A DNA stretch of 64,000 nucleotides from Spirochaetia bacterium (GCA_965140585.1 OZ223270.1:256001-320000), one strand, 5' to 3'; positions 38,832-49,730 are shown, counted from the stretch's first letter. A program made the numbers and translations. Notes: generated from the letters alone by a model not told the origin.

Positions 38832-40331
38832 ATGATACTTGAAACATTACAGGCAATCGCCACACCTGCGGGATTAATTTATATATTCGGAGGAGCCGTT
38901 CTGGGAATGCTTCTCGGTGCAATCCCCGGACTCAGCGGAGGAACAATAACAATCCTGCTGCTTCCGATATCCTACAAAATGAATCCGGCCCTTGCTTTGG
39001 GTCTGTTTACTTCAATTTACATTGGAAGTACATCCGGAGGCTGTATCGGATCTATTCTGCTTGGAATCCCGGGTACTAACTCATCTATAGTCACTACATT
39101 TGACGGTTATCCGCTAACAAAAAAGGGAGAGCCGGTACGTGCACTCAGTGCCGCTGTAAGCTCAAACTTCATAGCAATGATTCCATCACTTATCATAGCC
39201 ATAATAGCAGCGCCCCTGCTTGCAAAACTTGCTGTAAAACTCGGCCCCTGGGAATATTTTGCACTATGTCTCTGTGCAATTGCAATGGTTGTAGGCCTTT
39301 CAAAAGAGAATGCCTCAAAGGGATTACTTGCTGTAGGACTTGCAATTATAGCTGCATCAGTTGGAATGGCTCCAATTTCCTCTACTCAGCGTTTCACATT
39401 CGGAAACCTCTACCTCTTTGACGGCTTCAGCATTGTAAACATTATGATGGGAATGTTCGCCGCAAAGATTATTCTTCAGGAGTTTGCAAGCGGAAAAAAA
39501 GCCAAGGAAGCATCAAACATAAAAGTCAGCGGATTTAAACTGCCTGTGAGAGACCTGCTTAATAATGTGGGCAACATCATCAGATCCTTTTTCACCGGTC
39601 TTATTATAGGCTTCCTGCCGGGGCTAGGAGGAAAGACTTCTACATTCCTTGCCTATTCAACTGAAAGAAACCTGTCAAAGAACAAGGAAAACTGGGGCAA
39701 AGGAGAAATAGGCGGAGTTATCGCTCCAGAGGTTGCAAACAATGCCGGAATAGGCGGAGAGCTTATTCCGCTGATAGCCCTTGGCATACCGGGAAGCACA
39801 CCAATGACCTTATTCCTTGCTGCACTTACAATTCACGGTATCAATCCGGGACCTCTTTTAATTAGAAATAATCCTGAAATCGTTTATATGATCTACATCG
39901 CAGCTATCATAGCCGCAGTGCTCATCCTGATTGTTGAAATAGTAGGCATGCCCATTTTCCCGAGAATGCTAAAGGCTCCTTATCACTATCTGTACCCATT
40001 AATTATCATAATCTCACTGCTTGGAGCCTTTCTCTGCGGAAACAGCCTCTATGGTCTTTTCATAACCCTTGTTGCATGTCTGATGGGATTGGCAATGGAT
40101 TATTTCGGTATTCCTATTGTGCCATTTATCATGACCTTTATACTCAGTCCGCTTCTTGAGAAAAACTTAAGAATGGCGCTGAATTATTCAGACACCGGAT
40201 TCCTGTCATTTTTGACAAGACCTGTAAGTGCAATCCTTCTGGTTATTGCAGCAGCAGTTCTAATCTGGAATCTTATCGGCCACCACATAAAACCGAAAAA
40301 GACAAAGGAAACTGCAGGCACAGCTCTGTAG
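38832..40331 (+). CDS. tctA: Tripartite tricarboxylate transporter large subunit TctA
   Basis: GAIPGL, GIPGT, FDGYP, RFTFG, GFLPGLG, APEVANNA, LGIPGS. Confidence 0.93.
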   Translation: MILETLQAIATPAGLIYIFGGAVLGMLLGAIPGLSGGTITILLLPISYKMNPALALGLFTSIYIGSTSGGCIGSILLGIPGTNSSIVTTFDGYPLTKKGEPVRALSAAVSSNFIAMIPSLIIAIIAAPLLAKLAVKLGPWEYFALCLCAIAMVVGLSKENASKGLLAVGLAIIAASVGMAPISSTQRFTFGNLYLFDGFSIVNIMMGMFAAKIILQEFASGKKAKEASNIKVSGFKLPVRDLLNNVGNIIRSFFTGLIIGFLPGLGGKTSTFLAYSTERNLSKNKENWGKGEIGGVIAPEVANNAGIGGELIPLIALGIPGSTPMTLFLAALTIHGINPGPLLIRNNPEIVYMIYIAAIIAAVLILIVEIVGMPIFPRMLKAPYHYLYPLIIIISLLGAFLCGNSLYGLFITLVACLMGLAMDYFGIPIVPFIMTFILSPLLEKNLRMALNYSDTGFLSFLTRPVSAILLVIAAAVLIWNLIGHHIKPKKTKETAGTAL

Positions 40332-40395
40332 AAATAATGTAAACGGTACCCGGAGAGCATATCCCGGGTATTAAAATATAAATGAGGAGAAAAGA

Positions 40396-41418
40396 ATGAA
40401 AAAGATGAGGAAAGTTTTACTGCTGCTGATCGCGGTAATGCTGGTATTCGGACTGCAGCTGGCTACTGCATCAGGACAGGAAGAAGCAGGTGCTGAAGGA
40501 AGCAGCGCTGTTGATTCATGGCCTACAAAGGATGTAAATGTTTACATTCCAAACCCTCCAGGATCACCACTTGATCTTTCAGTAAGAATAATGCTCGAGT
40601 ACCTTAGTGAAAAAACAGGCGGAACCTTTATTCCCCTGAACGAAACAACAGGAGTGGGAACACTTGCTCTGCAGAAACTTTCTGCAGCCAAACCCGATGG
40701 TAGCACAATTATGTTCACAGGTTCCGGAAGCAATATCCAGTACCACACCGGACAGAACACCATCAATCCCCTTGATGAAAGTAAGGTTACAATTATCTCT
40801 TCATCAGCAGGACTTAAAATTGACTTCGATTCAGTTCTAGTCACAGTTCCAGAAAGCCCCTATCAGACCTGGGAAGAGTTCCTTGCATATGTAAGAGCAA
40901 ACCCCGGAAAAGTTAACTATGGGACAAGCACAGGATCAACTGTAGAAGTAAAAGCGAAACTGATTCTTGATCAGTTCGACCTGACCGATAAAGTTAAACT
41001 TGTCTACGCACCAAGCACAGAGATTCCAATCGGAATGCTTGGAGGTTCAATCGATGTGGCAATGGTATCAGGCTTCAGCGGGCTTCAGTATCTTGAAGAA
41101 GGCTCATTCATTCCAATGATGCACACTATTGATGAGTATAATGGAAACAACCCTGTTTTCCTTGGTGTTCCGACCTACACAGATCTCGGATGTCCGGAAC
41201 TTTATTCTGCATTCCCGATGTATGTTATCGGCCCCGGAAACATGGATCCGCTGCTGGTTATGAAGATCAATTCTACAATGGCAGGCGCTGCTGACGATCC
41301 CGATTACGTTGCACGCTGGGACAAGATGCACAGTATCTACGTCCCCAAGAGCCCCGAAACTATCAGGGCCGAAGTTATGGTAATGGACAAAAACATAGAA
41401 AGAGTTTTCAAAAAATAA
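40396..41418 (+). CDS. tctC: Tripartite tricarboxylate transporter solute receptor TctC (Bug family)
   Basis: WPTKDV, AKPDGSTI, SPYQTWEEF, ANPGKVNYG, VPT motifs; signal peptide. Confidence 0.88.
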   Translation: MKKMRKVLLLLIAVMLVFGLQLATASGQEEAGAEGSSAVDSWPTKDVNVYIPNPPGSPLDLSVRIMLEYLSEKTGGTFIPLNETTGVGTLALQKLSAAKPDGSTIMFTGSGSNIQYHTGQNTINPLDESKVTIISSSAGLKIDFDSVLVTVPESPYQTWEEFLAYVRANPGKVNYGTSTGSTVEVKAKLILDQFDLTDKVKLVYAPSTEIPIGMLGGSIDVAMVSGFSGLQYLEEGSFIPMMHTIDEYNGNNPVFLGVPTYTDLGCPELYSAFPMYVIGPGNMDPLLVMKINSTMAGAADDPDYVARWDKMHSIYVPKSPETIRAEVMVMDKNIERVFKK

Positions 41419-41428
41419 AACTTATTCA

Positions 41429-41455
41429 TGCGGGAGGTGGTTCCTGCCTCCCGCA
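41429..41455. other. GC-rich hairpin after tctC, no U-tract
   Basis: TGCGGGAGG...CCTCCCGCA. Confidence 0.55.
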
Positions 41456-41471
41456 GATCCTTGAGAAATTT

Positions 41472-42302
41472 ATGAACAAAAACTGGGGCTCCGATAATTT
41501 ACTGATAGGCCAGATGGCCAGAATGCATAATATCTCACCGAAAATGCTGCGCTATTGGGACAGGATTGATGTGCTAAAACCCGCAGTAACCAATGAAATT
41601 AACGGCTACAGGTATTATACCACCAGACAGTTCCATACACTTAATTTCATAGTCTATATGCGCTCAATGGGTCTTTCATACAAGGAAATTAAAAATTACC
41701 TTAAAAACGACCATCACAACAGCCTGATTGAACTTCTTGATTCACAGATTGATATTAGCGAAAAACGAATACTGGAACTTCAGACTACACAGACAATGCT
41801 CAAGGGACTGAAATCAGAGATTGAGAATGCTCTGGATGTGAAGCAGGATGAGGCGGTCAGACTTGAACGGAGAAAGGCCAGACAGATTATTCGGATGAAG
41901 GGTGAAATCAAAACCAGGGTCGAGTTTGAAAAACTGGTATACAGTCTTCGAAATAAAATTGAGAACAAACCTCATATTCTGATGCCGAAGGTTGGATTGT
42001 TCCTTGATCGGGAAGAATTTAAAAATGGAAATTTTGACGTATTCAGCGGAATCTACATTCTTAAAGAAAACTACAACACCTCCCCCGGGCTTATTGCAAG
42101 CCTGCCGGCCGGAGACTACGCATCAATCACTTTCTGGGGACGGACTGAAGAATCTGAAAATCAGTTTGCCAAACTGGTTGATTTTCTGGATCGGAACAAT
42201 CTTCAGATGAAGGATGATGTTATACGCTGTGTAGTTGCTCCCGGTATGCATGAGGACGAGCGTGGTCATCTGGCTCAGATTGCTGTCAGAGTTTCTGACT
42301 GA
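41472..42302 (+). CDS. MerR family regulator with GyrI-like ligand-binding domain (BmrR/BltR-like)
   Basis: IGQMA...LRYWD...NGYRYY...MGLSYKEI, coiled coil, LPAGDYA. Confidence 0.92.
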   Translation: MNKNWGSDNLLIGQMARMHNISPKMLRYWDRIDVLKPAVTNEINGYRYYTTRQFHTLNFIVYMRSMGLSYKEIKNYLKNDHHNSLIELLDSQIDISEKRILELQTTQTMLKGLKSEIENALDVKQDEAVRLERRKARQIIRMKGEIKTRVEFEKLVYSLRNKIENKPHILMPKVGLFLDREEFKNGNFDVFSGIYILKENYNTSPGLIASLPAGDYASITFWGRTEESENQFAKLVDFLDRNNLQMKDDVIRCVVAPGMHEDERGHLAQIAVRVSD

Positions 42303-42304
42303 AA

Positions 42305-43030
42305 CTATTCCCAGGGCGTTTTAGTTTTTCGTCTTACAACAATCTCATCTATAACAGCATTACCCTTCATTTTCAGCAGAAAGCCTACTGATGCCGCAAT
42401 ATCTTCAGGCTGAATCATTTCCGATGTGTCAATATCAGGCCTGACAGTTCTTACCATATCGGTATCAACCCCGCCCGGCAGCACTGCATGAACACGGATA
42501 TTGGTTTTAGATAAATCACGGGCTGTTGATTTTGTCAGGCCGTAGAGAGCATGCTTTGATGCTGAATATAAAACCTGATTCTCATAACCCTTCTGTGAAA
42601 CAATTGAACAGATATTTATTATAAAACCGGGGTCTGCCTTCTTCAGATAAGGGATTGCTTCCTGAATCAGAAAAAAGGGAATTTTTGCATTTATATTCAT
42701 CACACGATCCCATTCCTCTGAAGAATATCCGCCGACAGGCTTTGCCATTGTAATTCCAGCATTATTTACAAGCAGATCCAGCCTGCCGAACTGTTCAACA
42801 GAAGCTCTTACTATATCAGCACAGTCAGAAACCTCAGCAAGCTCAGCCTCCCGTATAAAGACATCCGCTTTATCTTCTGAAGAAAGTGATTCAAAAACCT
42901 TAGCCTTGGTTTCTTCAAGCCTGGCTGCATTTCTTCCTGTAAGAAAGAGACTGTATCCCTGGGAAGCTGCTTCTACTGCTATAGCCCTTCCTATACCGCC
43001 CGAAGCCCCGGTAATAAGTGCAGCCTTCAT
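42305..43030 (-). CDS. Short-chain dehydrogenase/reductase
   Basis: TGASGGIG, NNAG, YSASK. Confidence 0.93.
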   Translation of the reverse strand: MKAALITGASGGIGRAIAVEAASQGYSLFLTGRNAARLEETKAKVFESLSSEDKADVFIREAELAEVSDCADIVRASVEQFGRLDLLVNNAGITMAKPVGGYSSEEWDRVMNINAKIPFFLIQEAIPYLKKADPGFIINICSIVSQKGYENQVLYSASKHALYGLTKSTARDLSKTNIRVHAVLPGGVDTDMVRTVRPDIDTSEMIQPEDIAASVGFLLKMKGNAVIDEIVVRRKTKTPWE

Positions 43031-43491
43031 TTCTTAAGTACATCCATAGCCTTCGAAACAGTATCTCCAGGCTTAACCTTATACCAGGCTTCTAAAATTT
43101 TACCATCGGGATCAACAAGAAAGGAAGATCTGATGATACCGAAATACTTTTTACCATACATACTCTTCTCTCCCCAGACATTGAATGCCTCTGCAACTGT
43201 ATGCTCTTCATCAGCGAGAAGAGGAAATCCAAGTTCGTATTTTTCATCAAATTTTTTCTGTTTCACAGGCGCATCCGGACTTATACCGACGGCTTTACAG
43301 CTTAGTTTTGAAAAGTCATCACGGGCCTCACTGACGGCACAGCTCTGGGTTGTACAGCCGGAAGTCATGGCTTTCGGATAAAAGTACACAAGCAGGTAAC
43401 TTCCTTTAAAATCTTTAAGTTCAACTGTATTTCCGTCCTGATCAGAAAGTGAAAAATCGGGGCACTTATCCCCTGCTTTAAGTTTATCCAT
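43027..43491 (-). CDS. bcp: Peroxiredoxin BCP/PrxQ
   Basis: YFYPKAMTSGCTTQSC, GISPD, KSMYGK, RSSF. Confidence 0.93.
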   Translation of the reverse strand: MDKLKAGDKCPDFSLSDQDGNTVELKDFKGSYLLVYFYPKAMTSGCTTQSCAVSEARDDFSKLSCKAVGISPDAPVKQKKFDEKYELGFPLLADEEHTVAEAFNVWGEKSMYGKKYFGIIRSSFLVDPDGKILEAWYKVKPGDTVSKAMDVLKK

Positions 43492-43492
43492 T

Positions 43493-44671
43493 TTATTCTC
43501 CTGATATTCTTTTAAATTCCTGTTTTATATAAACACCTATCTCCGAACCGGTGCAGATAAAAACAGCAAATTCCCGGCCGGCATCATTCGTGATATTTTC
43601 CTGATACCGGATCTGTGAATGAAGCCACAGAAAATCAGCCAGCTCTGCAGCCTTCTCAGACCTCAAAATAACAGACAAATCCATTCCGGTTTCATCTGCA
43701 AAATCACGAGCCATAGCTTCAACTGCGTACGACCTCGGCCAGGCTGTCAGTTCATCTCGCACCAGAGTAACATCTGCCGGTATCAGCTCTGCATCAACAC
43801 CGAAAAAGAAATCTGAATCACCCTCCCAGACACCATACGCACCTGAAGGTTCAATATATTCAGATTCTGCCCCGATGCCGGTTTCTGACCCACCTGAACC
43901 TTCTCCGGCATTCTGTATAAACCCGAAGTAGATTACCAGCCCGGCCGCTATAACAAAGGTAATAATAAAATTGACCCGCATCAACTTTCTTATTCCTGAT
44001 GAAGGCTGGATATTCTTAATGTTCTCACGAACCTCTTTAGGGAATACAGTTTCGGCTATGCTTTCAGAGGATCTAATCTCTATCCCCTTACTCTCAAGTT
44101 TTTCTGTAAATGCGGCAGGGGCTTCAGGTGTGATAATATAATAGCCGTTTACAGCATTCAGAATAACAGCGTCTGAGCCAGCATTAACGCCGTAGCTGCG
44201 GATATCAATCGGACCGCCCCGCCGAATCTCACTCATAATCGGGGCTACCGACATAAAACCGGTTACCTCTCCATATGATTTTGATGCTTTAATCCATTTA
44301 AAAAACTCAAGCCCCTTCTCCGCCTCAACCACAGGCCTGTAGAGATTCTCCAGAAACCCCCTCAGCTCTTCCCTGCTGACTGCAGACACCCACTTGATAT
44401 CAGCAAACTCAAGTTCCCGCTTCGTCATTCGGGTTTTAAGAATCAGGCTGTATTCTCCGACTCCGTATTTCCGGCTTCCCGGCAGATGCTGAAGCCCGAA
44501 AGCAAGCAGCAGAAGTAAACCGAACGCACTAACCGCAATACCTTCCACAGTATGTGATGTCAAAATCGCCATTACCCCCATCAGGGGAAAAAGCAGAATG
44601 CCCAGAAACATCGGCAGCAGCCTGGCTATCCGGTAACGGGCGGGAAAGTAATCGAAGCTATATTGTTCCAT
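43493..44671 (-). CDS. Hypothetical membrane protein (bacterial PH-like domain)
   Basis: Two N-terminal TM segments, YYIITPE..AF PH-like end, third TM, acidic C-terminal domain. Confidence 0.6.
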   Translation of the reverse strand: MEQYSFDYFPARYRIARLLPMFLGILLFPLMGVMAILTSHTVEGIAVSAFGLLLLLAFGLQHLPGSRKYGVGEYSLILKTRMTKRELEFADIKWVSAVSREELRGFLENLYRPVVEAEKGLEFFKWIKASKSYGEVTGFMSVAPIMSEIRRGGPIDIRSYGVNAGSDAVILNAVNGYYIITPEAPAAFTEKLESKGIEIRSSESIAETVFPKEVRENIKNIQPSSGIRKLMRVNFIITFVIAAGLVIYFGFIQNAGEGSGGSETGIGAESEYIEPSGAYGVWEGDSDFFFGVDAELIPADVTLVRDELTAWPRSYAVEAMARDFADETGMDLSVILRSEKAAELADFLWLHSQIRYQENITNDAGREFAVFICTGSEIGVYIKQEFKRISGE

Positions 44672-44756
44672 ATCTAAAATATTAGATATCCGTACTGCAA
44701 AAATAAATAGCTGCAGAACTTCTTTTTACTGTTTTATTTTCTTATATCCCGAAAAA

Positions 44757-46370
44757 TTACAGCTTCTCAAGCTCGGAATTCAGCTGTTTCATCTGCTCAA
44801 TATTCTGCTTTCCAATCTCTTCAAGTCCGGCAGCCTCGCTTACTATTTTTTTTCCAATCTCTGTGAGAACGGCTATATGCTCCTTGGTTTCACCGCAGGA
44901 ATCAGAGATATTCTTAACCGACTTATCACTTAGTACAATATCCTGCTCCATACTGTCCAGAGCCTTCAGCACATCCTCATTTGACTGTAGCAGATGTTTT
45001 ACAGATGTTGTTATTATTGTAGTTCCGGAGGAAAGCTCCTTCATGCTTCCGACAATCTCTCTCAGAGAGTCGCCGACATTCATTACCTCATCAATAATTT
45101 TATTAAACACCAGTTTAAGTTCATTTATTGACTGGTTTGATTCTTCAAAATACCTGTTGTTGTTTTCCAGACTCTTCTTAACAGCATCCGAGTTCTGACC
45201 GGTTTCCTCGGACAGTTTTCTTATTTCCTCGGCAACAACAGCAAAACCGCGGCCGGCATCACCTGCATGAGCCGCTTCAATGGCAGCATTCATGGCAAGA
45301 AGGTTCGTCCTGCTGGAAATTGATTCAATTACTTCGATTATTTCTAGAATTTCCTTTGATGATTCGGACAGCTTTTTAATGGAATCAATTGACTCATCCA
45401 GCCTTTCGCCGCCCTCTATTGAAGAATCTTTAAGCTCCGCGAGGATTTGAAGCCGCTGCTCTGCTGCACTGCTGATAAATGAAATTTGATCTACAATCTG
45501 ATTTGCAGAGCTGCTTGAATCGGAAACAGCCCTGGTCTGAATATCCATTCGTTCCCGAACCTGTTTCTCTGAAACTGAAATCTTCCTGTTTGACTGCCCG
45601 GTTTCCACAGTCGAAGAAAAAAGCACTTCTGAGGTTCTTGTCAAATCCTGAATATCAGAAGAAAGTTCCTCAGTTACCTTACTTGTATTTTCAGCCGCAA
45701 GAAGAAGCCTTTCTCCGATATTGAATGTAGACTTCATAGAGCCTACTATCCGGTTAAGCTGTGTATACCCTTTGGCAGTATTGTCACGCTCTTTTTCTAT
45801 GAGGGATATCGACTTCAGCTGCATTCTAAATACCATAGTGGCAAAAAGAGCTGCTACAAAAAGAAAGGCAACAGCTATTACAAAGGAACCGTAGTCCGCT
45901 TCAGTCCCCTGATTTCTCAGCATAGGCATCATCATAGTAAAAAAGAAAAAAACCTCTCCTACAAGGCCTATTCCGGCTATAGTTATCATCTGCCACAGGT
46001 GATAGGACATTAAAGGAGCTACACAGATGATGGATATTGTATAGGTTGAAAACACATATAAATCATCCAGTTCAGTATGCTCCTGCATCATAAAAAGACC
46101 GAAGGCAGCCAATATAAAAAGAAACACACTAACAGTACTACTGATTTTATAAAAACCTTTGAATATCAAAAGTATATTTACACCAAGTAAAAGGGTAACA
46201 AAGAACTCACCTCCGGCAATTTTATAATCACCGGACACCACCCTGATAACTGAAAAGAGAAGGAAAAATATACCAAGTATAAAGTTTATCCGGTACAGAG
46301 TTACTACTTTTTCCTGAAAATTTTCACTCTCATTCTTATAAATCGATTTTAACCTGACTGAAACATTCAT
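44757..46370 (-). CDS. Methyl-accepting chemotaxis protein (multi-TM sensor)
   Basis: About six TM segments; [32 protein letters not shown]; start refined to MNVSVR. Confidence 0.93.
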   Translation of the reverse strand: MNVSVRLKSIYKNESENFQEKVVTLYRINFILGIFFLLFSVIRVVSGDYKIAGGEFFVTLLLGVNILLIFKGFYKISSTVSVFLFILAAFGLFMMQEHTELDDLYVFSTYTISIICVAPLMSYHLWQMITIAGIGLVGEVFFFFTMMMPMLRNQGTEADYGSFVIAVAFLFVAALFATMVFRMQLKSISLIEKERDNTAKGYTQLNRIVGSMKSTFNIGERLLLAAENTSKVTEELSSDIQDLTRTSEVLFSSTVETGQSNRKISVSEKQVRERMDIQTRAVSDSSSSANQIVDQISFISSAAEQRLQILAELKDSSIEGGERLDESIDSIKKLSESSKEILEIIEVIESISSRTNLLAMNAAIEAAHAGDAGRGFAVVAEEIRKLSEETGQNSDAVKKSLENNNRYFEESNQSINELKLVFNKIIDEVMNVGDSLREIVGSMKELSSGTTIITTSVKHLLQSNEDVLKALDSMEQDIVLSDKSVKNISDSCGETKEHIAVLTEIGKKIVSEAAGLEEIGKQNIEQMKQLNSELEKL

Positions 46371-46504
46371 AAATTTCTCCCCCAGAAAAATTATAGGATA
46401 TCTGAAAGAGAATATAAACACAAAATTAATTTTTATGCCTAAATAAATTTATAAAAACAGATTAAAAGATTGACAATTTTCATGGTTAAAGAGATCCTAA
46501 GAGA

Positions 46505-47791
46505 ATGAAAAAATCATTACTCCTGACTAAGATTTTAACCCTTATTTTAGTAATTACACTTAATATTTTCCTATTACAATATATCAGGAATAATCTAAAC
46601 CTCACCGTCAGTGACATTAATAATGAGTCACTAATACACATCTCCGATCAACTGAACTCTCAGATCGGGTTCATGCATAATCTTACTTCCGCTGTATTTG
46701 AAACAGCGGTTATACCGGCAGTATCAGGAATTCCAGCCGGTTCCGAAAGCCGACTGAACAGTGAATGTGAGCGGATTTTCAGCAGCCTGAATGAGTATAT
46801 GATTTCAGGGATAAAGATCAGTTATGGAAACTCCAGCCTGCATTTCGGAGAAACTCCTTCATCCGGCAGCAGTCTGCTTATAGCAGACAGTTTTTCAGCC
46901 CGGGGAGCCTCAGCAGATATAACTGCAGAGTTTTATTATCCTCTGGAAAATCTGCTTACAGATATTTCCGGTGTTACAGGCATCACAGTTTTAAAAAACA
47001 CTTCGGATTCCGGGCTTCCTGATGAGCTGACTGAATTTACCAGTGAGATAATACAGTCGGCGGAGAGCGGCAGTCCTGCTGCCATGAGCACAAACGAAAC
47101 CGAAGGCCTGGTTATATTACCTCTTGAAAAATATTCAGGAGTCAGGGACTCGGTTCTCATAGCTGAAATCAGTAATCCATCACTGGCTCTGCTGTATCAC
47201 AACAGTAAAATAATACTGATACTACTTATAGTAATATTTATTACTATAACTGCATTTATCATGTTTATACATATAAAACAAAGAATCGTAAAAGATCTCA
47301 TTGCTCACGATCCGCTTACCGGAGCCTTTTCAAGAATGCAGATATTCAACCTTCTTAAGGGGGAATATATCCGTTCAAAAAGATACGGAACACCAGTATC
47401 GATAATTCTATTTGATATAGATCATTTTAAACAGTTAAACGACAAATACCACAAGACTACAGGAGATTCCATTCTGCAGATTTTCAGTAAAACAATAATG
47501 AAAGATCTCAGAACAACAGATCATTTCGGAAGAATCGGCGGAGACCAGTTTATGCTATTACTGCCGGAGACAGACAGGGACGGAGCATACCAGCTGGGGA
47601 AGCTCACTCTTGAACGCATTCACCAGACAAGTTTTCCTGAAATAGGGAAACTGAGCTGTAGTATGGGAATCGGCGAAATCAGCGAATCCGACTCCAGCCT
47701 TGATGCTTTTATAGACAGAATAGAATCCGGTCTCTATCTGTCAAAACAGACAAGAAGAGACCAGATTACTGTAGTAGCCTCAATTTCTTAA
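46505..47791 (+). CDS. Membrane GGDEF-domain protein (GGDQF)
   Basis: HDPLTG, DIDHFK..ND, RTTD I-site, GGDQF. Confidence 0.88.
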   Translation: MKKSLLLTKILTLILVITLNIFLLQYIRNNLNLTVSDINNESLIHISDQLNSQIGFMHNLTSAVFETAVIPAVSGIPAGSESRLNSECERIFSSLNEYMISGIKISYGNSSLHFGETPSSGSSLLIADSFSARGASADITAEFYYPLENLLTDISGVTGITVLKNTSDSGLPDELTEFTSEIIQSAESGSPAAMSTNETEGLVILPLEKYSGVRDSVLIAEISNPSLALLYHNSKIILILLIVIFITITAFIMFIHIKQRIVKDLIAHDPLTGAFSRMQIFNLLKGEYIRSKRYGTPVSIILFDIDHFKQLNDKYHKTTGDSILQIFSKTIMKDLRTTDHFGRIGGDQFMLLLPETDRDGAYQLGKLTLERIHQTSFPEIGKLSCSMGIGEISESDSSLDAFIDRIESGLYLSKQTRRDQITVVASIS

Positions 47792-47796
47792 AACAG

Positions 47797-49065
47797 CTAG
47801 AAACCTGCCTTAAGGCTTTCCTGATCAATAATAGTTTTATATTCAGATTCCATTTCCATCATGCCGGCAGGAAAACCGTAGCCTTCCATTCTTTCCATGA
47901 ATGGTTCTGATGGAAAACATTCCGGACCCTTAACACCGCTGCCGGTCCAGAGCCCTTTAGCAACAAGCTCCATCATTATTACAGGGTTGAATGCGGTCTG
48001 GGCAACAACGGCCTGGCTGCCGTACTTGTCCATACAATCCTTGTTATCCACAAGCTGATAAATATAAACGCTTCGTTCTTTGCCGTCTTTAAGGCCCTTT
48101 ACCCATAATCCGGCGGAAAGCTGGCCTTTCATCCGATCACCGATAGTTGCAGGGTCCGGAGCACAGGCGGCTACTACATCACGTGGAGAGACCTCAACAC
48201 CTTTGACCATCACCTTTTCGGTTTTATCAAGGCCAAGCGCTTCTAGAGTCTTAAGAACACGCCTCATGTCACGATCTACTCCGAATTTGAATGTCGCACG
48301 CTTAAGGCCCTTATTTGCAAAGGTTCTAGGGAGCATCAGAACTTCTTCATGCTCAACATTGATAACCTCCTGTTCACCAACAGGCTCTGGAAATCTGAAA
48401 ATTTCAGGCTCTGAAAAAGACTCAGTAACAAACCAGCCCTTATCCTTTTCCCATATAACGGGAGGATTGAGACATTCTTCTATAGTAGTCCATATTGAAA
48501 AACCAAATGCGACATCCAAACCTTCAACTTCAAGGTTATCAGCATCCCTTACATTCAGTTCATGTATTTCATCAAAAAGATATTTATCAGCATAATTTGC
48601 AAAAACATTCACCATTCCCGGTTCAACACCCGATCCGCAGATAGCCAGACAGCCCTTTTTAACCCAGTTATCATTCTCAGCATATTGAAGGTCTCCCAGC
48701 TTTAGAGCTGCTTTTCCATAAGGATCTTCCTTATCCCTCTCGGAAAGACTCATAGCCATATCCATATAGGTACAGCCTGATTCATAGGCTGCGTTGAATA
48801 TCGGCATATTGAAAACCGGATCACAGGCATTCATAATAAAATCAACCTTATGTTTTTCAGCCAGTGCCTTAATCTTTTCTTTATCAGAAGCATCAATCTG
48901 CTCAGCAACAAATCTTTTGTCCATAGACGCAACATCCGCCGCTCTCTGTTCGTTATAGTCGCTTATTACCATAAGCTCCATCCATTCCGCCTGTGCGTCA
49001 TTCTTGGAAATAATTGAAGCAATTGCACTTCCTACTCCGCCTGCACCAACAAGTAATACTCTCAT
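47797..49065 (-). CDS. Saccharopine dehydrogenase/carboxy(nor)spermidine synthase family oxidoreductase
   Basis: GAGGVG, YMDMA, GVEPG, FSIWTTIEEC, HEEV, PDPA. Confidence 0.85.
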   Translation of the reverse strand: MRVLLVGAGGVGSAIASIISKNDAQAEWMELMVISDYNEQRAADVASMDKRFVAEQIDASDKEKIKALAEKHKVDFIMNACDPVFNMPIFNAAYESGCTYMDMAMSLSERDKEDPYGKAALKLGDLQYAENDNWVKKGCLAICGSGVEPGMVNVFANYADKYLFDEIHELNVRDADNLEVEGLDVAFGFSIWTTIEECLNPPVIWEKDKGWFVTESFSEPEIFRFPEPVGEQEVINVEHEEVLMLPRTFANKGLKRATFKFGVDRDMRRVLKTLEALGLDKTEKVMVKGVEVSPRDVVAACAPDPATIGDRMKGQLSAGLWVKGLKDGKERSVYIYQLVDNKDCMDKYGSQAVVAQTAFNPVIMMELVAKGLWTGSGVKGPECFPSEPFMERMEGYGFPAGMMEMESEYKTIIDQESLKAGF

Positions 49066-49118
49066 TATCTACCCCTTTTGTTTGTTTGCTTGTGCAAACA
49101 ATATATAAGTTAAAAAAA

Positions 49119-49715
49119 CTAACTCAACTGCTTAATGCAGTAGTCTGTGAACATTTCCTTCAATACCGAGGCAGCAGCATCAAGTTCCTGCTTGTCTCTG
49201 GTAACGGTATTATAATAACTGAGGCCTTCCATTATCGCGATAAGGGCGCTTGCCAGTTCATCAAACTTACCGGAATTACTACCACCGAAAACAGCCTGCA
49301 TCTCGGCAACGACTGCTTCTTTATCCCTTTTATACAGATCAGTAAAGATTTCTTTCACATGATCGTTTCTAAGGCTCAGATTAAAGACATCAAACCAGAC
49401 ACGGTCATCTACAATCTGTCTTGAGTATTCCCAGAAACGGGCATCGAGAACTGCTGAAAATCTTTTTTCCGGAGACTCAAAGCGGCTGAAATCAAGCATA
49501 AGAAATTCATCATAAGCTTCGACCATGTAATCGGCAAGAGAACATATAATTTCTTCTTTGGAATCAAAATAATGTGTCAGAAGACTTGTAGCTACGCCCA
49601 TGCTCTCCGCAATCTTGGCAAGAGTTGTATTCTCAAGACCTTCCCGTTTTACAACTTCATAGGCGTGCTCGAGGATTTCAGGCTTTCTTTGTTCGGCTTT
49701 GCTTTTTCTACCCAT
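49119..49715 (-). CDS. TetR family regulator (BetI-like)
   Basis: TTLAKIAESMGVATSLLTHYFDSKEE HTH; start refined to MGRKS. Confidence 0.9.
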   Translation of the reverse strand: MGRKSKAEQRKPEILEHAYEVVKREGLENTTLAKIAESMGVATSLLTHYFDSKEEIICSLADYMVEAYDEFLMLDFSRFESPEKRFSAVLDARFWEYSRQIVDDRVWFDVFNLSLRNDHVKEIFTDLYKRDKEAVVAEMQAVFGGSNSGKFDELASALIAIMEGLSYYNTVTRDKQELDAAASVLKEMFTDYCIKQLS

Positions 49716-49730
49716 AATATTTTCAGTAAT

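Noticed and set aside
42305-43030. SDR as a member of the GRE pathway
   Set aside because: Opposite strand, translationally coupled to bcp, no MerR box; adjacency alone is not enough.
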